Shown: positions 12,409-25,849, counted from the whole stretch's first letter. The stretch: 63,503 nt of DNA, filler included, from Choristocarpus tenellus KU-1152 (GCA_964200185.2; 10 parts of 10 records of this genome joined end to end with filler, not necessarily neighbours in it); one strand, 5' to 3'. Made by a program: numbers and translations. The notes: generated by a model not told the origin, from the sequence alone.

Positions 12409-15400
12409 CTACAACTCTTCCTTAACGCTTGTCTCAGGGTTTTCTTGGTCATCCTCTTCCTCCTCATCATCACTGCTGTCGTCGGCACTATCTTCACTGT
12501 CACTGTCCTCCTCCTCATCATCACCCCCCATTTCTACCCCATACCCATCGTCCTCCTCATCATCGTCATCGTCTGTCACCACCCGTGGTGGGAAACCAAC
12601 GTAGGTCTGTTCAGTTACCTGAACAGAACCAGTACATACGTTCAGAGGAAAGTGAGCATTGAGCGGCATGGCCTACCCACACAAAAACGTGGACATGAAG
12701 TATATATTATGATTACATACAAACATGCAGGCACCGGTGTAATCTGTTGAGGCGAGCTAGATGTCTTTGATGCTGTGGCCGCATCATTAACAGCATCTCT
12801 GATAAAGAACTAGGTTCAGCACTTTACCTCAAATAGATAGCTCTTCTCAGCTTGAGCGTTAGGCACAAATCACATTAACGCAAAGCCGCCAGGTCAAACA
12901 CTTCGAGGAGTACATACGCACAAGTCAATGTTATGATTGGATCTTTGATGCGAACAACTCAACATTAGTGCAACAATAATGCATACAATAGAAAACAAAA
13001 CAGGTGACTAAGGTTTACCTTTCCCTAACCCCCTTCTCCTTTCTTTGACCATGCTCAACACAAAACTACATCAAGGGGCATAGGATAAACATAATGTTGT
13101 CTGACAAAAAAAAAGGTTCACAACGAATGTTCTTCAAATTAATGGGAAAATATATTTAGCACACCCAACAACCGAATAAGAAGCATTACACTTCCTACTC
13201 CGTACATATGTAGAAATATGGAAGGAAGCAGCATTGCATAGACAGATACGAGTGCAGGACACACCTCACTTTGAGGAAAGATCCCTGAAGAAGCATAAAC
13301 GCACTGAATGCGATTAAGGAAGGGGATACAACACAAAATTCCTCACAGTAGATCACATTCAGGGAGTAAACATCAACAGTGATGTAACAAAGATGTAGTC
13401 CTCTACTTTGGGATATCCTACCTACTGTCCGTGCAGTGTTTTTGGGGAAGTGGCACAAAGGATCACCATTGCAGAATCTTTCAAACTTGGGGGCCGATAA
13501 TAGCAAATAGTGCGCTAGGGTAGAGTGAAATGGTGTCTATGCCGCCATACCCTTCACTGAAGGGTTCCTATTCGTGAATTGGGCGTGACAAAAGAACTCT
13601 ATGATTGAACAGACAGTAAGTGACCTGTTGAAAGGTACCGCTCCCAACCACTTCACACTCCTGCTGTTGTGCATGACCCTAATGCCACCTCATTACAGAT
13701 TGCATTAGAAGGGCAGGAGAGCAGTCAAAACAGTCCACACTAACATAGTTCTACAACAGGAGATGGAAAAGAACACGCTTGCTACTTTGTGGCGATTTGC
13801 TTGTGATTTCCATGTGGCACATACTTCTATCCCAGTAAAATGAAGGGGCCCATCCTAAACAGCCCCGAGGTGAGGTGTGCCTACCTTGCAGCAGAGTCAG
13901 GAGCAGCTACATTAGAAGAGCTCTAGCGACTATTTTAGAAGCGGTTTGGATTAATCAAGTACCCAATCCACTCTAAGTTGCATGCAATATCTGCCAACAA
14001 ACTCATTCCCAACCTGACACATGTTTTAGAATGATATACTAGTGACAGTCATACCTAACCATATGAGACATGCAAAGCCAAACACACTCAAATCATGCAT
14101 TCATGGATGTAGTTCACACCCTTTACTACTTACTGTACAACACAGCACATCAAAGCACCCCTCATTACAATTCAGGCAAGCACGTGCATACACACACCTT
14201 GGTACGCATGAAATCAAGAATCTTGTTCTCCGTCAATTTCCCACGGTGGGGGATGGCCATATCTTTTCGGTCACCCATGAATAGCAGCAAGGTAGGATAG
14301 CCCGCCACTTTCACCTGCTTAAAACAACCAGTAAGAAATGTGCTCATTTGTGCGTGTCTCAACTGATTGAGTATATCTATTCCTGAGTTTCGTCAGTTGT
14401 CTCCATTCCTTCACCTGAGTAGCATTGATCAGAAGGTTCCACATCTACCCAAGGCAGTCAAGATAAAGGAACGGCAGGAGCTGATAAATGACCTTACCAA
14501 CGCAGTCAGGAGGTCCAGAGGAGGGAGGAGTAGAACTGCCCAAGCCCTAAGGGAATATACAGCCTCTACAGACAACTCTTCTCTCCTGCATCCTTACTTT
14601 AAAAAAACGCAAGTATTTCTTCTTCTCCGACCCACAGGTAAGAAGTCTTTCTTTCAACGGAGAGAAGAATGTTTTGGCAACGTCCAAAGAAAAAAAATAA
14701 AGGGTGATTGACTTCACCCAGCACACACCGCTACCAAGAAAAGAATCCACCACCCAAAGATCGCGGAACATCAAGATCTATCTGCCTGCCTGCCAAGGTC
14801 ACTTTCCACAATCAATGCATATTGAATAGCGTTGACTACGAATGACTAAAACCAACAAATAAACACATGAGAGAAGCCCAATCTAGTGCACCAGTGCCCG
14901 TGGACCTTTGCCCTGGTTAGAACAGGGAGCCACAGTCGATTTCTGGTCATAAACTCTGTAAGGCCGGTCACACATCGCAAGCGCAAGATGGGCGCTCTTC
15001 CTCGCAGTCACTTTGGTGGTGCTTAGACTATGTTGCAAAAGCAACGCAAAGGGCAACAAGTTTCTGCCCTTCAGGCGACAGGGTACCATAACGACTCCAG
15101 ATGCTCCAGCAAGTCGCTGTACTTTGCCAGAAATGGAGGTAGATTGGATTTCGTATTTTCTAGCAAAGAGTCAAAAGTATCTTAGAGAGTAGAGTCTCGT
15201 CCGTTTGGGGACCAAAATCCAATGTTGCAATTTTGATGTAATTTTGGCTTCCGTGTTTGTTAGGAAGTGTGTCAATATCCTTGTTCCGGACACACCTTTT
15301 CATGACATATACATTTTACCTACTCCGAAACATTCCATAGTAGGATGCCATTAAAAAAACCCGTGGGAAGTCAAGCCCCAAATGGACAAACTGGACAAAG

Positions 15401-16607
15401 CTCGTATTCTCTAAAGATACTTTCACTCAAGCATGCTCATCAACTTGATCCCTCAAGGGGTAGTCTACCAACCTGAAAAAAAGCCGTAACAGTATACATG
15501 CGAGAAGTTCACAGTGAGTGCCAGCACCGACACTCCATTGGACATGAAAACGTGAACAGAGATTATAGTGACAGACGGATCATTCAAGTACACAAGGGCG
15601 CAACTGCGGGGTTGATCACTGATCACCCTACAGTAACGGAAGCAAATCATATCATTGGCCATCCATCACTCAGAAGAGTGTCAGTGATTGCCACAGTTGC
15701 AACCTCTTGCACTGAATGCCAGAGCGGAGAGTTTGAGAAGCACAAGCTAAAGCACACAGTTGGACCTGCCAACTGTGGCTCTACCTGCCGCACATTCGAC
15801 ACTCGGTCCAAGACAATTGGTCAAGATAAAGGAGGACAAGGATGGCAGTGTCTTGCTGGGTTCTATTCCACTGGATATTCAGGGATGGATGCCCTGTGGT
15901 CTTGCTTGCCATCGCAGAACATGTTCTTTCCCCCTGAATGTCAACGGTAAGGCAGAAAAAACGGTAACACGCCTCTGGGTTTCAATATTAGTCACCTTTT
16001 CATCGTATGGGATACAACTGATCCTCCCCATACCCTGACAACACGCTCCCTTTGTACTGAACAGATGTCGGCATAGTGATCTACCCTCTTCAAAATCCCC
16101 ACCCAAATAAACCCCTGCCACATTAAACTTGTTCTATGAGCATTAGAAATATGTATGTCCTCAATAAAAATTGTAAAAGAGGGACAAACGCAGTGGCACC
16201 AAAGTACTTCAAGAACAGCTTCAAGAGAACAAATCCAACCAATTGTTCCATTCCTCTCCGTCCAAACTCACAAGAGTATTACCTCTTTGGGCCGCCACTC
16301 TCCTGGACAAATAAAATATATATTACCCTCCCTGGTTACATACGAAGGAGATATGCGCATTCCATTACAAATTACTCTTCCGCAGTAGGAACTTACCTAG
16401 ACTTGTTTACCACAGTATATGCCTTTGCTACAACAGAGTAACCCACACCAACCTGGGGATGGATGATCTCGTTTTTTGTGCCATCTATCTTTGCAATTGT
16501 CAAAGTCTTGATGTCCTTGAGCTGACGGGCCACCTCCTCGTACACGGGCTCCAGAGTCTGGCAGTACCCACACCATGGTGCATATATCTCCAAGAGCACA
16601 TCATTCT
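12409..16607 (-). CDS. Protein disulfide-isomerase family, C-terminal thioredoxin domain and acidic tail (exons 16607-16453, 14314-14198, 12618-12409; 5' exons not found)
   Basis: NDVLLEIYAPWCGYCQTLEPVY...IAKIDGTKNE...|VKVAGYPTLLLF...|D/E-rich tail ending KEEL* (ER retention). Both introns are phase-0 GT-AG. Confidence 0.9.
15168..15428 (+). mobile_element. MITE family B, full copy (PDI intron)
   Basis: Same TIRs and body as 6939-7197. Confidence 0.9.
15740..15950 (+). pseudogene. Possible degenerate retroelement methyltransferase-like domain (DIRS-type)
   Basis: Frameshifted fragments WTCQLWLYLP / QLVKIKEDKDGSVLLGSIP...GWMP resemble the W..YAFPP..L.KI..D.A..L..P.W...W.P pattern. Weak. Confidence 0.25.
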
Positions 16608-17399
16608 CTGGTAGGGCCCATGGCAAGATATGAGGGCGGAAGTGAGGGCATGACATAGATGCACACATGCAACAAGCACGCACACACGCACACACAACAC
16701 ACACACAACACACAACATCCTTACGAAGTTCAGCAAAAAATATGCGACAAAAGAACTTCCTTTACAACGGACTTTTTCAAGCGAAAGGTCGAATCAGCTC
16801 AAGCGTTTGCCAAAAAACAAATGATGTACAGCTAAGGGCACCCAAGAGCTGTCCAGACAAATGGCATTAAGGAGCCAATTGGACAGAGTGTTGGATGGAT
16901 AACGAATAATATGAGCAAGTACAACAGTCACACGTAACTCCTGTCTGCATCGTTTCTTCTCTCTTCTGCCAAGTTTACTTCATTTGATCTCACTCTCTTC
17001 TTTTTTGCCTTTCAAACGATCAAACCTCTACTTGAGAGAATAATAGTACGTAAGTGACCCCCGCCTTACAGAATAATAATTCAACAAACCACCTCAAGTG
17101 TTATTTGATACAACGCATAGTATGGAACAAACTGGAAGTTTGCTCCACAAATGCTGTAGAGAAAAAGGATGCAGAACGTTGTCCTTAAAATTAATTGCCA
17201 ATACGCACAAACTTTGTGCTAAATAATCAGGGTTAAGGAACAGATGGATTAGGGTGCTGTAGAGACTAAATGCTATAGAAGTAGAGCAAAGTAGCCCGGA
17301 TGTTGTTATGGATAATAGGCAGTATAGGCGAAAGTATGCCAAGAGGTAAGCTTGCATTGTGTATGGCGGTTTCTGAGGTAGGTACAAACATGTGCACCA

Positions 17400-19100
17400 G
17401 CTTCAACAACAAACCTCTTTACCCAACTCACACAATGTGGCATAGACAACCTCATAGTAGACAGTGAAACCATTTTGTGCCTATACATGACCACCAGTCA
17501 ATTAATGCTCCCCCAAACATCACCAACTCCACCTGAAATGGACAACCTACTCTCCTTTGCAGTTACCATAATCAGCAGCTGCATACCCAATCAGTTGATC
17601 CTTGGATCAATTAATTCCTGCACAATCCAAATTCTTCAGAGTAATGCTCTTTCTTACTCAACAAGTGCCCTATCACCCTCTCCGCAATCAACCAATGTAA
17701 CTCCAGTACTCATCACATGGATGTCAACTCTTGTACTGTGAAAAGTTGATCAGGCCAAGTCATGATAGTTGCTGCCCACTTCATCCCCGTAATCATGCAT
17801 CTATCCATGATCACCACAAACATGTTCCTCCATATCCACACTCTGGGTGATTGTTGCAAATGTGGTATGGTATAATAACTTGTAGTACCAATGCCATGCC
17901 GACCTGCTTGATAACTATCTACAAACTCTAATACACAACGAATCACTCCTCGTGGACTAGAGCATTGTGGATTAGGGACCCAGCAGAGTATAATAACACT
18001 GGTACTACAAGCAAGTTTCCAGCAATCAACAAGAGGGTGGACAAGGGGGAGACCTGTTTGTGATGATATTAGATGTATGGTTGGGGGGATATAGAAGGCG
18101 CCTGTCATGACTAGCCCTGATGCACCTTTTGGAGTATTCAGTTAGGTTACTGATAGTGTTAAGCCAGTTGTTTGCTGTAGGTCATACTCCCACCTGGTCC
18201 TCCAGACCAGCACTATGCATCAATGACCTCTCTGATCAGCACCATCACCTTTCCTACCATCCCGTTCAGCTGAGGAGTATCCGGCACGGTGTACTCTTGC
18301 TGGAATCTTGTGCTCATCTAGTACAGCTTGCAATTCTGCATTTTTGAAGTCTGTTGCGCCATCCTTACACACCAACACCAAGGTTTTCCATGTCTGCCAC
18401 GTTTTTTTGACCAATGTGTGAAACACCTTGGCAGTCTAACCGTTAGAATTCAGAAATTGAATTCATCTAACCCTCTTGTAGCAGATATCAACATCTCATA
18501 CGAAATTCCCTGTGGGAAGCATGCCCAGGGCTTCAGTCCACTGCCATTGATGAAAATATGTCCTCAAAGTTTTGCAGACTTGTTCAATGCCATCATTGGT
18601 ACAGGATTGCATTGAACCTTGTAAAATTCAAGCCTGTCCCACTCACACATGGGAGCAATCGAAGAAAATTCTCCATTTCCAACACAGTTCACCCTCTGAC
18701 TGGCTCTTCCCACTTGGATTATGAAGAAGAGGTTAAAAATTAACCCAGGTATCCACGAATGATTATTTAGGATGAAATTTGTGACCTTCTCTTTCTGATT
18801 CACCATAATGACAGATCAGTTCTGGCAGCAACTTGGAGGTCGTTTCCATCACCAACTGTCAGTGATGTCCCGACCACAGGCTTTGGATCTGTCAAGACAG
18901 AGGGCTTGGCAGTCATGTGTACAGAACCAACGAAAGCAAAACACCGTAATCAATATTTTCACATCCTCACCCCTGTGAACCCTCCAAGTTGAAATGGTGC
19001 ATAATCAGCTTTCCCTCCACAATCACCACTACTGCCTCCAGCACCCTTGAATGCACCACCCCTCCCTTTTCTGTTACTTCCCATCCTCACTGACTTCCCC
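17400..19100 (-). mobile_element. Degenerate Ty1/Copia pol relic (protease, integrase, RNase H; RT not recognisable)
   Basis: Protease-like GSVHMTAKPSVL...LTVGDGNDLQV (~18930-18830); integrase DGATDFKNAELQAVLDEHKI/QEYTVPDTPQLNGM (~18365-18250); RNase H LIGYAAADYG..RLSISGG..FGGALIDWWS..MVSLST (~17600-17455). Many stops and frameshifts; domain order matches Copia. Confidence 0.8.
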
Positions 19101-20325
19101 CACTTCTGTCTTCTCATTGACCCCTGTGGGGCTGGTACGGTTGTAGGTCCGATGTCCTTGTTTCTCACACACATACCAACATGAAAAAAAGACTCAGAAC
19201 TGGTCCAGAAGGGGCTGAAAGTAGGGCGTGATGAACAATAATGTAGTCCACAACAACACCCACACTCCAAACCATGCTGCCTTTGGTAGACCCTGCCGTA
19301 AAGCTCAACCAGCACTACCAGTGATAAGAACACCCCCATTTGTTAGACCCCCCTCGTATCAATTGGAGTCTCAACAGCATCCAAAGTGTTTTATATTCTC
19401 AATTTTGAAGGTCCACCCTTGCTACCCAAACCCTTTCCTTCACCAGCCGAATCTCAGTGAAGTATTCCACAGCCACATAGTTTCTGTGTGGTTCTCAATC
19501 CTGCCTCCTTTTGTTCAGTGTTCTCACCTTCATGACCAAGCCCCCAATTCCACCATGAAAACTGGCAGGTCCTCCAACATGGGCAGATAAAGGAAATGAA
19601 AATTTGATCACACAATTTCCCACTTTGTTATTCCATCACAGGCAAAATGGTTACCTGTCATAGGTTTGTTTCCACGATCAGCTTCACTCACACGTAGAAG
19701 CAAGCCCACTATAGTAATACTTGCCTCTTGGACTCATATTTCTTTGGCCTGTAGAGTTGAAAATCCCCATACCATTCCTGTACATGATATGATCATCCGT
19801 AAAGAACACATCTTCCCACCAGCTCAAGAAAGCACATGTCAAGAAGTTATTAATGCTATCCACTGTGCTCATGGGACTCCCCCTCAATTAAGCCACCCTG
19901 ACCTCGAGTTCTCAGCACCTAATTTCAACCCAAACCCACACTTTGAAGAGAGCTATTAATACCTAGCATGTCAAAGAGGTTGATATTTTTTATGTTTTCA
20001 GTAGATGAATGTATTGATTACGTCCTTTGTGAGTCCGAAAGCGTTTAGGGAAGAGTACACATTTGAGGGCTCCCTTGACAGCAATCACTCATTGCCAATC
20101 TACTGAGACGGTCAACCCGTCCATCACTAGTCACTTATACTCATTTAATTGTTCGTATTCCAGAACTCATGTTCTGCTGGAATTAGTCTTACACATCTAA
20201 GTAATTTATCTGCCAATCTCCTATCCAATCTTCTTGTGTGTCTTAATTGTGTCGCTCTAACATATCTTCTTTCACACAAAATATGCTTTTAGTGAACAAA
20301 TGGGACACCTGTGAGTACAAAATCA

Positions 20326-20354
20326 GATCCGAAGTATCTGGGGGGGGAGGGGGG
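20326..20354. mobile_element. Family A-type TIR at contig end
   Basis: GATCCGAAGTATCTGGGGGGG runs into the spacer. Confidence 0.7.
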
Positions 20355-20454
20355 NNNNNNNNNNNNNNNNNNNNNNNNNNNNNNNNNNNNNNNNNNNNTT
20401 AATTAATTAANNNNNNNNNNNNNNNNNNNNNNNNNNNNNNNNNNNNNNNNNNNN

Positions 20455-20954
20455 GCGGGGTAGATATCTTCTAGCTCAAAGGCACAGTATGAAGGGGATG
20501 ATGAAGGGGGATTCTTGGATGATTGTGGAGTGGTGTTGAGTGGTGCTGAATGGTGCTGAATGATGTGGTAGAGTGGTAAGTGGGTGGGGTTGACTGGAGT
20601 GGTAACTGGTGTGGGGTTGAATAGGGTTGAATAGGGTTGAACGGGGTGGTAGAGACCGGAAATCAATGGCGAAAGGGTATGCACTGGTTGGTCATCAGCG
20701 AGGGGGGGTGACTGGAAATCAGTGGCGAAGGGGTCGCCCTGGTTGGTCATCGGATGTGAGGGGTGACGAGAAATCAGGGGCGAAGGGGGTTCGCCCTGGT
20801 TGGTTATCAGATGTGGAAGGTGGCTGGAAATAAGTGGCAAAGAGGTCGCACTGGTCGGTCACAAGGGTTGTTAGAATGTGGGGAGAAAGGGAATAGGGAG
20901 GAATACAAACGTAGAATAAAATAATAATAATCCAGAATTGGTGAGCAGAACAAA
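20455..20954 (-). repeat. Dispersed repeat with internal ~56-bp tandem units; second copy at 49313-49859 in opposite orientation
   Basis: Unit ~GGAAATCAGTGGCGAAGGGGTCGCCCTGGTTGGTCATCAGATGTGGGGGTGACT starts at 20658, 20714, 20769 and 20826. The flanks also match the 49.3-49.9 kb copy. Confidence 0.85.
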
Positions 20955-23729
20955 ACAGAAATGTTTGAGGACCCTCAGACCACTTACGGTTGAACATTCA
21001 CGAAGATGTGATATCACCCGTCGGATCTGAGACCCCATCAAAACGTTTCCTAAGATTTGATAACCGAGGGAGCTTTGTGTTTGCTGGAAGCACTCCACCC
21101 TGACACAACTGGTGATTCTGAACACCCTCCACGACTGATTGGACCCTGCCTCACGACAGTACAACCTAAACTTGTTTGCATTTTTTTCATCTCACATTTG
21201 GAAAGGTTATTCACAAGAAAACCACAACGATACAGACTTACGGGATAGAGGAGTACATACCATACTACTTGGAATTTCTTGTTGCGTTCACCATAAATGT
21301 GTACCAATATCCAGGTTCTCCTTCTGCCGATTTCCAATTTGGTGTAAAGTAGGCAACAGGAAGAAATCTCGAGATTATTAGTCTGCCTGTATAAAATGCG
21401 CAAATATATAATTATTAATATATTTTAAACACCCGGTGGAACGGATACCATTTTCTCTTACCCTCTTTGGCACAATCCGAGCAAGGCCAGCCTGTACCGC
21501 ATGCAGTATTAGTAGTGGCGTGGTAGTCCTTAGTCCCTGTCTTGAACGAGTCCTCCTTAACTTATTAGTTTGAATACGATTTTGAACAAACTCTACTTGA
21601 GACTGGATCTTAATACTCTTCGGGACGCAATTTTCTGGGTCAAACTGTTGTTACAGGTGTATGAAATTGGAAAAGCGTAAACGCTCTCTCAAAACGCCAA
21701 AGACCTCTGATTGATCGCTATGTTATATAATAGGCATAAATGGAATATTGTTTTTGTTAACCAGAATTAACTATTGATAGATAGAAACTTGTCCTTCAGC
21801 TTTTCCTCCTCAAATATGGGATACCAATTATAAAAAGTATACTCGGAGGTTCTAAATGAAGAGATTTTCACATATTATATTGTTAAGTCCCCTTTCTTTT
21901 GGTTTCTTACAATGATAAATTTTGTGGATAGAAAATCTACCTACCGCTACTATTATCATAGACATGCTTGCTCATCTGTTGGTTTGTGATGTCACCAAAA
22001 ATCTATTACGGACACCTCCCAAAAAGTCTCAAGTCCCACCCTGATTACATGACGAGGTTGCTTCCTTCGCCTGGAGACGAATGTTGTGCTCAAGAGATGG
22101 CACTTCTTCTGTTGGCTTATTCATAATGGATGGGAGTTTTGAGGATTTGCCGCAACATCTAAGAAACACAGTAATGCAAGGTTTGTCGCCCATTTGGTGA
22201 GAAATAATCCAGACCAAACACTTTCCTTATTATTATTATTATTACTATTATCATTATTATTAATATTATGTCAAAGGGCATGAGAAACCGAGAGCAATAT
22301 TTTCCTTTCGAATCCCATCTAGTCCACATGAAAGCTTTTCTATGTTAGAGGCTGAATCCCTTTGTCCATCACACTAAACAGGCAGGGATCTAAAGACAGA
22401 TTGAAAATGTTAATGGCTTTTTTTTTCCTGAAATAAATTGTTTGGAATTGTCTAAAAGCGCTGTATCTGGCGTGATTTATTACACTCAGCCACTTGCCAT
22501 CCTTCGTGTAACAGTCTGTCATTACTCTGCTCTTGCTTGAGTCCCCTTCGACAGCATTTCCTATCACATTTCAAGCCTTATCTCAATATCAAAGGAAGGT
22601 GGCAACAACATATTATCAGCACACAGTTGAATGAGCCAAGCAGGTGTAACAACCTTCAACTTTCCTTGGATATGATAGCTCCAAGTAGAAAGAAACAAGA
22701 AACAAGTGTGATGGTCTCTATGGGAAACTCGAAGGGGACTGCAGTTCAGAGGGCCTGGGGTGGTGTCCACATCACGAACAGCCTCATCACAGCAGCTCCA
22801 TAAAATGTCTCCCCCACTCACTTGAAATCCCCCCATGATGGTTTATTCGATGATATCATCATTATGACCATCAAATATACACTACGGTGAGTTCTTTATT
22901 TAGTGTGTGTATCTCACACAAGGATGCAGGACACTCAGGGGAACGCCAGAGCTCTAACATGCTGAATGCGAGCTTGCCCTCATAATTCGGATGCCTGCAT
23001 CAGCCTGTGCAACGTCTTTTGCCTGCTCACGGTTGGTAGAAAACGAGGACTCCTCAATCTGATGTAGACCCCCTGAAGGCTTTTGACCCAGCTGATCAGT
23101 TGTGTACACATGGAGAGGGTACCTACAGCTTTTTCTCAGCAAGGTAGGTAATAGATAAATGTTCGCCTCACAACGAAAAAAGGCCCCATGAGAGTTGGGG
23201 CACCTGTATATACATCTTAGAAGGCTGTGGCAAAGAGGTTCTGCAGACAGTTAAGCAGAGGTTTAAGACGGGATGATGGGCCAAGGTTAAATATATAAAC
23301 ATACACAAGAATAGGTCTATGAGAGAGGACTAAGGATAGCACTTATCAAGGTGTAACTGTGCCTTATCGCTGCTGTCTGCAGAAACCAGGTAGGCATAGA
23401 AGAAGAAAAAACCTACTAAAAAAGGTAAATGAACATTCTGAGGAGTGCAGCATAAATAGTGTTAGGCGTCAATACTCAAGGAATGAAATGTATGGAGTCT
23501 GTGGATGGACAAGCATTAATTGCTACTTTGAAGTACTCGGAGTATTTTATACATCAAGCCAATCATAAATAGTCACACCTACAATGCTGTGTTTCAAAGC
23601 GTTAGAGATACTGTGGCAACAGGTTAAACTAACACGTTCGAAAAATATTTATTTTGTTGAAGAATATATTGAAGTCATAGAATAGTACACCAAGCCTCTG
23701 CCAAGATATCCACAATCCTCTATGACACA

Positions 23730-23983
23730 GAGTGAAAGTATCTTAGAGGGTACGAATTTTGCCCTGTTTGTCCATTTGGGGCTTGGCTTCCCATGAAGTA
23801 TGACATTTTCCTATTTCAAAATGTTTCGGAGTAGATAAAATGTATATGTTATGAAAAGGTGTGTCTGAAACATAGATATTGACACTTCCTAACAAACACG
23901 ATAGCCAAAATTACCTCAAAATCGCAACATTATATTTCGACCCACAAATGGACGCAGCTCTACCCTCTAAGATACTTTGGCTC
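23730..23983 (-). mobile_element. MITE family B, full copy, abutting the ParB-like ORF
   Basis: GAGTGAAAGTATCTTAGAGGG ... CCCTCTAAGATACTTTGGCTC; no matching TSD (ACA/AGT). Confidence 0.9.
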
Positions 23984-24303
23984 AGTCCTTGAACGGCAAG
24001 CGCAGTGTTGGCGGTGAGATGGTCCCCGTTGCCTAAGCAGTCTCGTTGGATGATGACAGACAGAGCAAACTGCTCGAGCCAGCCTTTTTCACGGATGGAC
24101 TTGCTGACGCGCGCAAGGCCACGCTCGCTCAGGGGACGCACCATCTCCATGCATGTGATGTTGCCGAGTTTCATCTTGTATGTGCCAGGGTAGTGATGTT
24201 CGAGGAGCTTGGACATGCCCTTGGCATTGCTGTACGGCGCTCTCGATCCGTGGGCAGCGCAATTGGCGGGCAGGGGGGTCGTTGTTGAGCGAATATTGGA
24301 CAT
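23984..24303 (-). pseudogene. 5' fragment of a ParB/sulfiredoxin-like domain ORF, truncated at MITE B
   Basis: GC/CpG-rich ORF MSNIRS...MVRPLSERGLARVSKSIREKGWLEQFALSVII resembles the ParB N-terminal R....L..L..SI...G.L..I.V motif. The ORF tail beyond 23984 is read through MITE sequence. Confidence 0.5.
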
Positions 24304-24947
24304 GGTGAAGATTGGGAGGGTGTGACAGGGATAGATAAGTAAGATCTGCTGGTGGTATGTGCGGAAGGGAAGGAATGGAAATGAGGGATGAGGGCTGGGA
24401 GGTGTTGCTTTGTTTCATCTGGTCGGTCGGTCCCCAATGAACTCAGATTTTTCTTTCTGTTGATAATTGTGTTACAAAAAATACGAATATCGAACAGTAT
24501 ACGATTTCATATTTTAAACAGAGAGTATCTGTTTTTTGTGACCTTTTTGTTTCGGAACGTTTCAAACGTATTGGATCAATGAAGTATGTGGTTTGCATTT
24601 TCTTTTGTTGATATTAAGAATAGAATATTTTTATTATTTCATAAAAACCCTAATGCACAGGTTTTGGAGGTTCAAGGGTTTCGGGTGGTCCGAAAGATCG
24701 CCCGAAACTCAAAAAACGCTTTTTGTCGACATTTGTATTTTTAAAATACAAATGTCGAACAATATAATATTTTGTACTTAAAACAATTAGAGGGTATCAG
24801 TTTTTTTTTACCTTTTGGTTTCGGAACATTGGAAACGTACAAGATCANNNNNNNNNNNNNNNNNNNNNNNNNNNNNNNNNNNNNNNNNNNNTTAATTAAT
24901 TAANNNNNNNNNNNNNNNNNNNNNNNNNNNNNNNNNNNNNNNNNNNN

Positions 24948-24987
24948 CCAAATGGACGCGGCTGTACCCTCTAAGATACTTTGGCTC
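24948..24987 (-). mobile_element. MITE family B terminal fragment at contig start
   Basis: CCAAATGGACGCGGCTGTACCCTCTAAGATACTTTGGCTC. Confidence 0.85.
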
Positions 24988-25575
24988 ATTCCTCAACTTA
25001 TGCCCCCCTGCTACTTTGAGTACACTACATTAACCACCAGATCTGTATTGCAACAGATTTTTTTCAGACAGTGTGGTCCCCATAATAACTACCAAAGTAA
25101 AAGGAAAGTCGTACCTCGCCTTTGGAGGTTGCGGTTATGGCCTGGGATGTCCCTGGGAGAAAGCAGCAACAGGTATTAATACCTTTGCTCTGTGGGAAGC
25201 ATGTGCAACACTATGGTCAGCAGCTCCTTGCCAGGAAGAGAACGGCAAGAGGGCAGGCATTCTGTGTATGAATAAAGATAAACAACACAGTGCAGTAGAA
25301 TGCATATATACTTGGAACACCTTGCACAGAAGAACTGAGTTTGCAAGGGGTGTGTACCCCGCCTGATAACTCTTTGTGAGCTTGGGGTAGAACCTTTCCA
25401 ATATGCTATACATTCTCTGAGAATTCGATCAGCAATGGCCAGTAAGGAACATATAGTATTGTTGAGTGCAAAGGGTATTGGAATTTCACCTCGTGTCATG
25501 TTCTAGAGCAAGTTGATCTTGGTGGGGACTGAATACTTGCCCCTGAAGCGATATCATAACTTGCTATTAGAGTGA

Positions 25576-25849
25576 GAGTAAAAGAAAATGAGAGGTACCC
25601 ATATTTTGGTCGATTTGCGTTTCAAGTCTGTTTTTGACCCAAAGCATTTAAGAGGTTACGGTTGCATCTGTCTGGGACCATAAATCTATGAATGAAGAAG
25701 TTCTAAGTTTGACTTGAGAGCGTCATTTCTCTATTAGTTTGGAATCGTTCCAACACAATTTAGAAAATATCCTTCACACAATTGTAAAAAAGCCAAAGTT
25801 TGCGCACCCTTAAAATGGAACTCTGGGTACCTCTCATCTACTTTGACTC
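25576..25849. mobile_element. MITE family C
   Basis: TIR GAGTAAAAGAAAATGAGAGGTACCCA / TGGGTACCTCTCATCTACTTTGACTC; TGA/TGA 3-bp TSD. Confidence 0.8.

Noticed and set aside
25183-25262. Fourth CFAP251 exon
   Set aside because: Splice-like signals are present but the translation does not continue the WD40 sequence.
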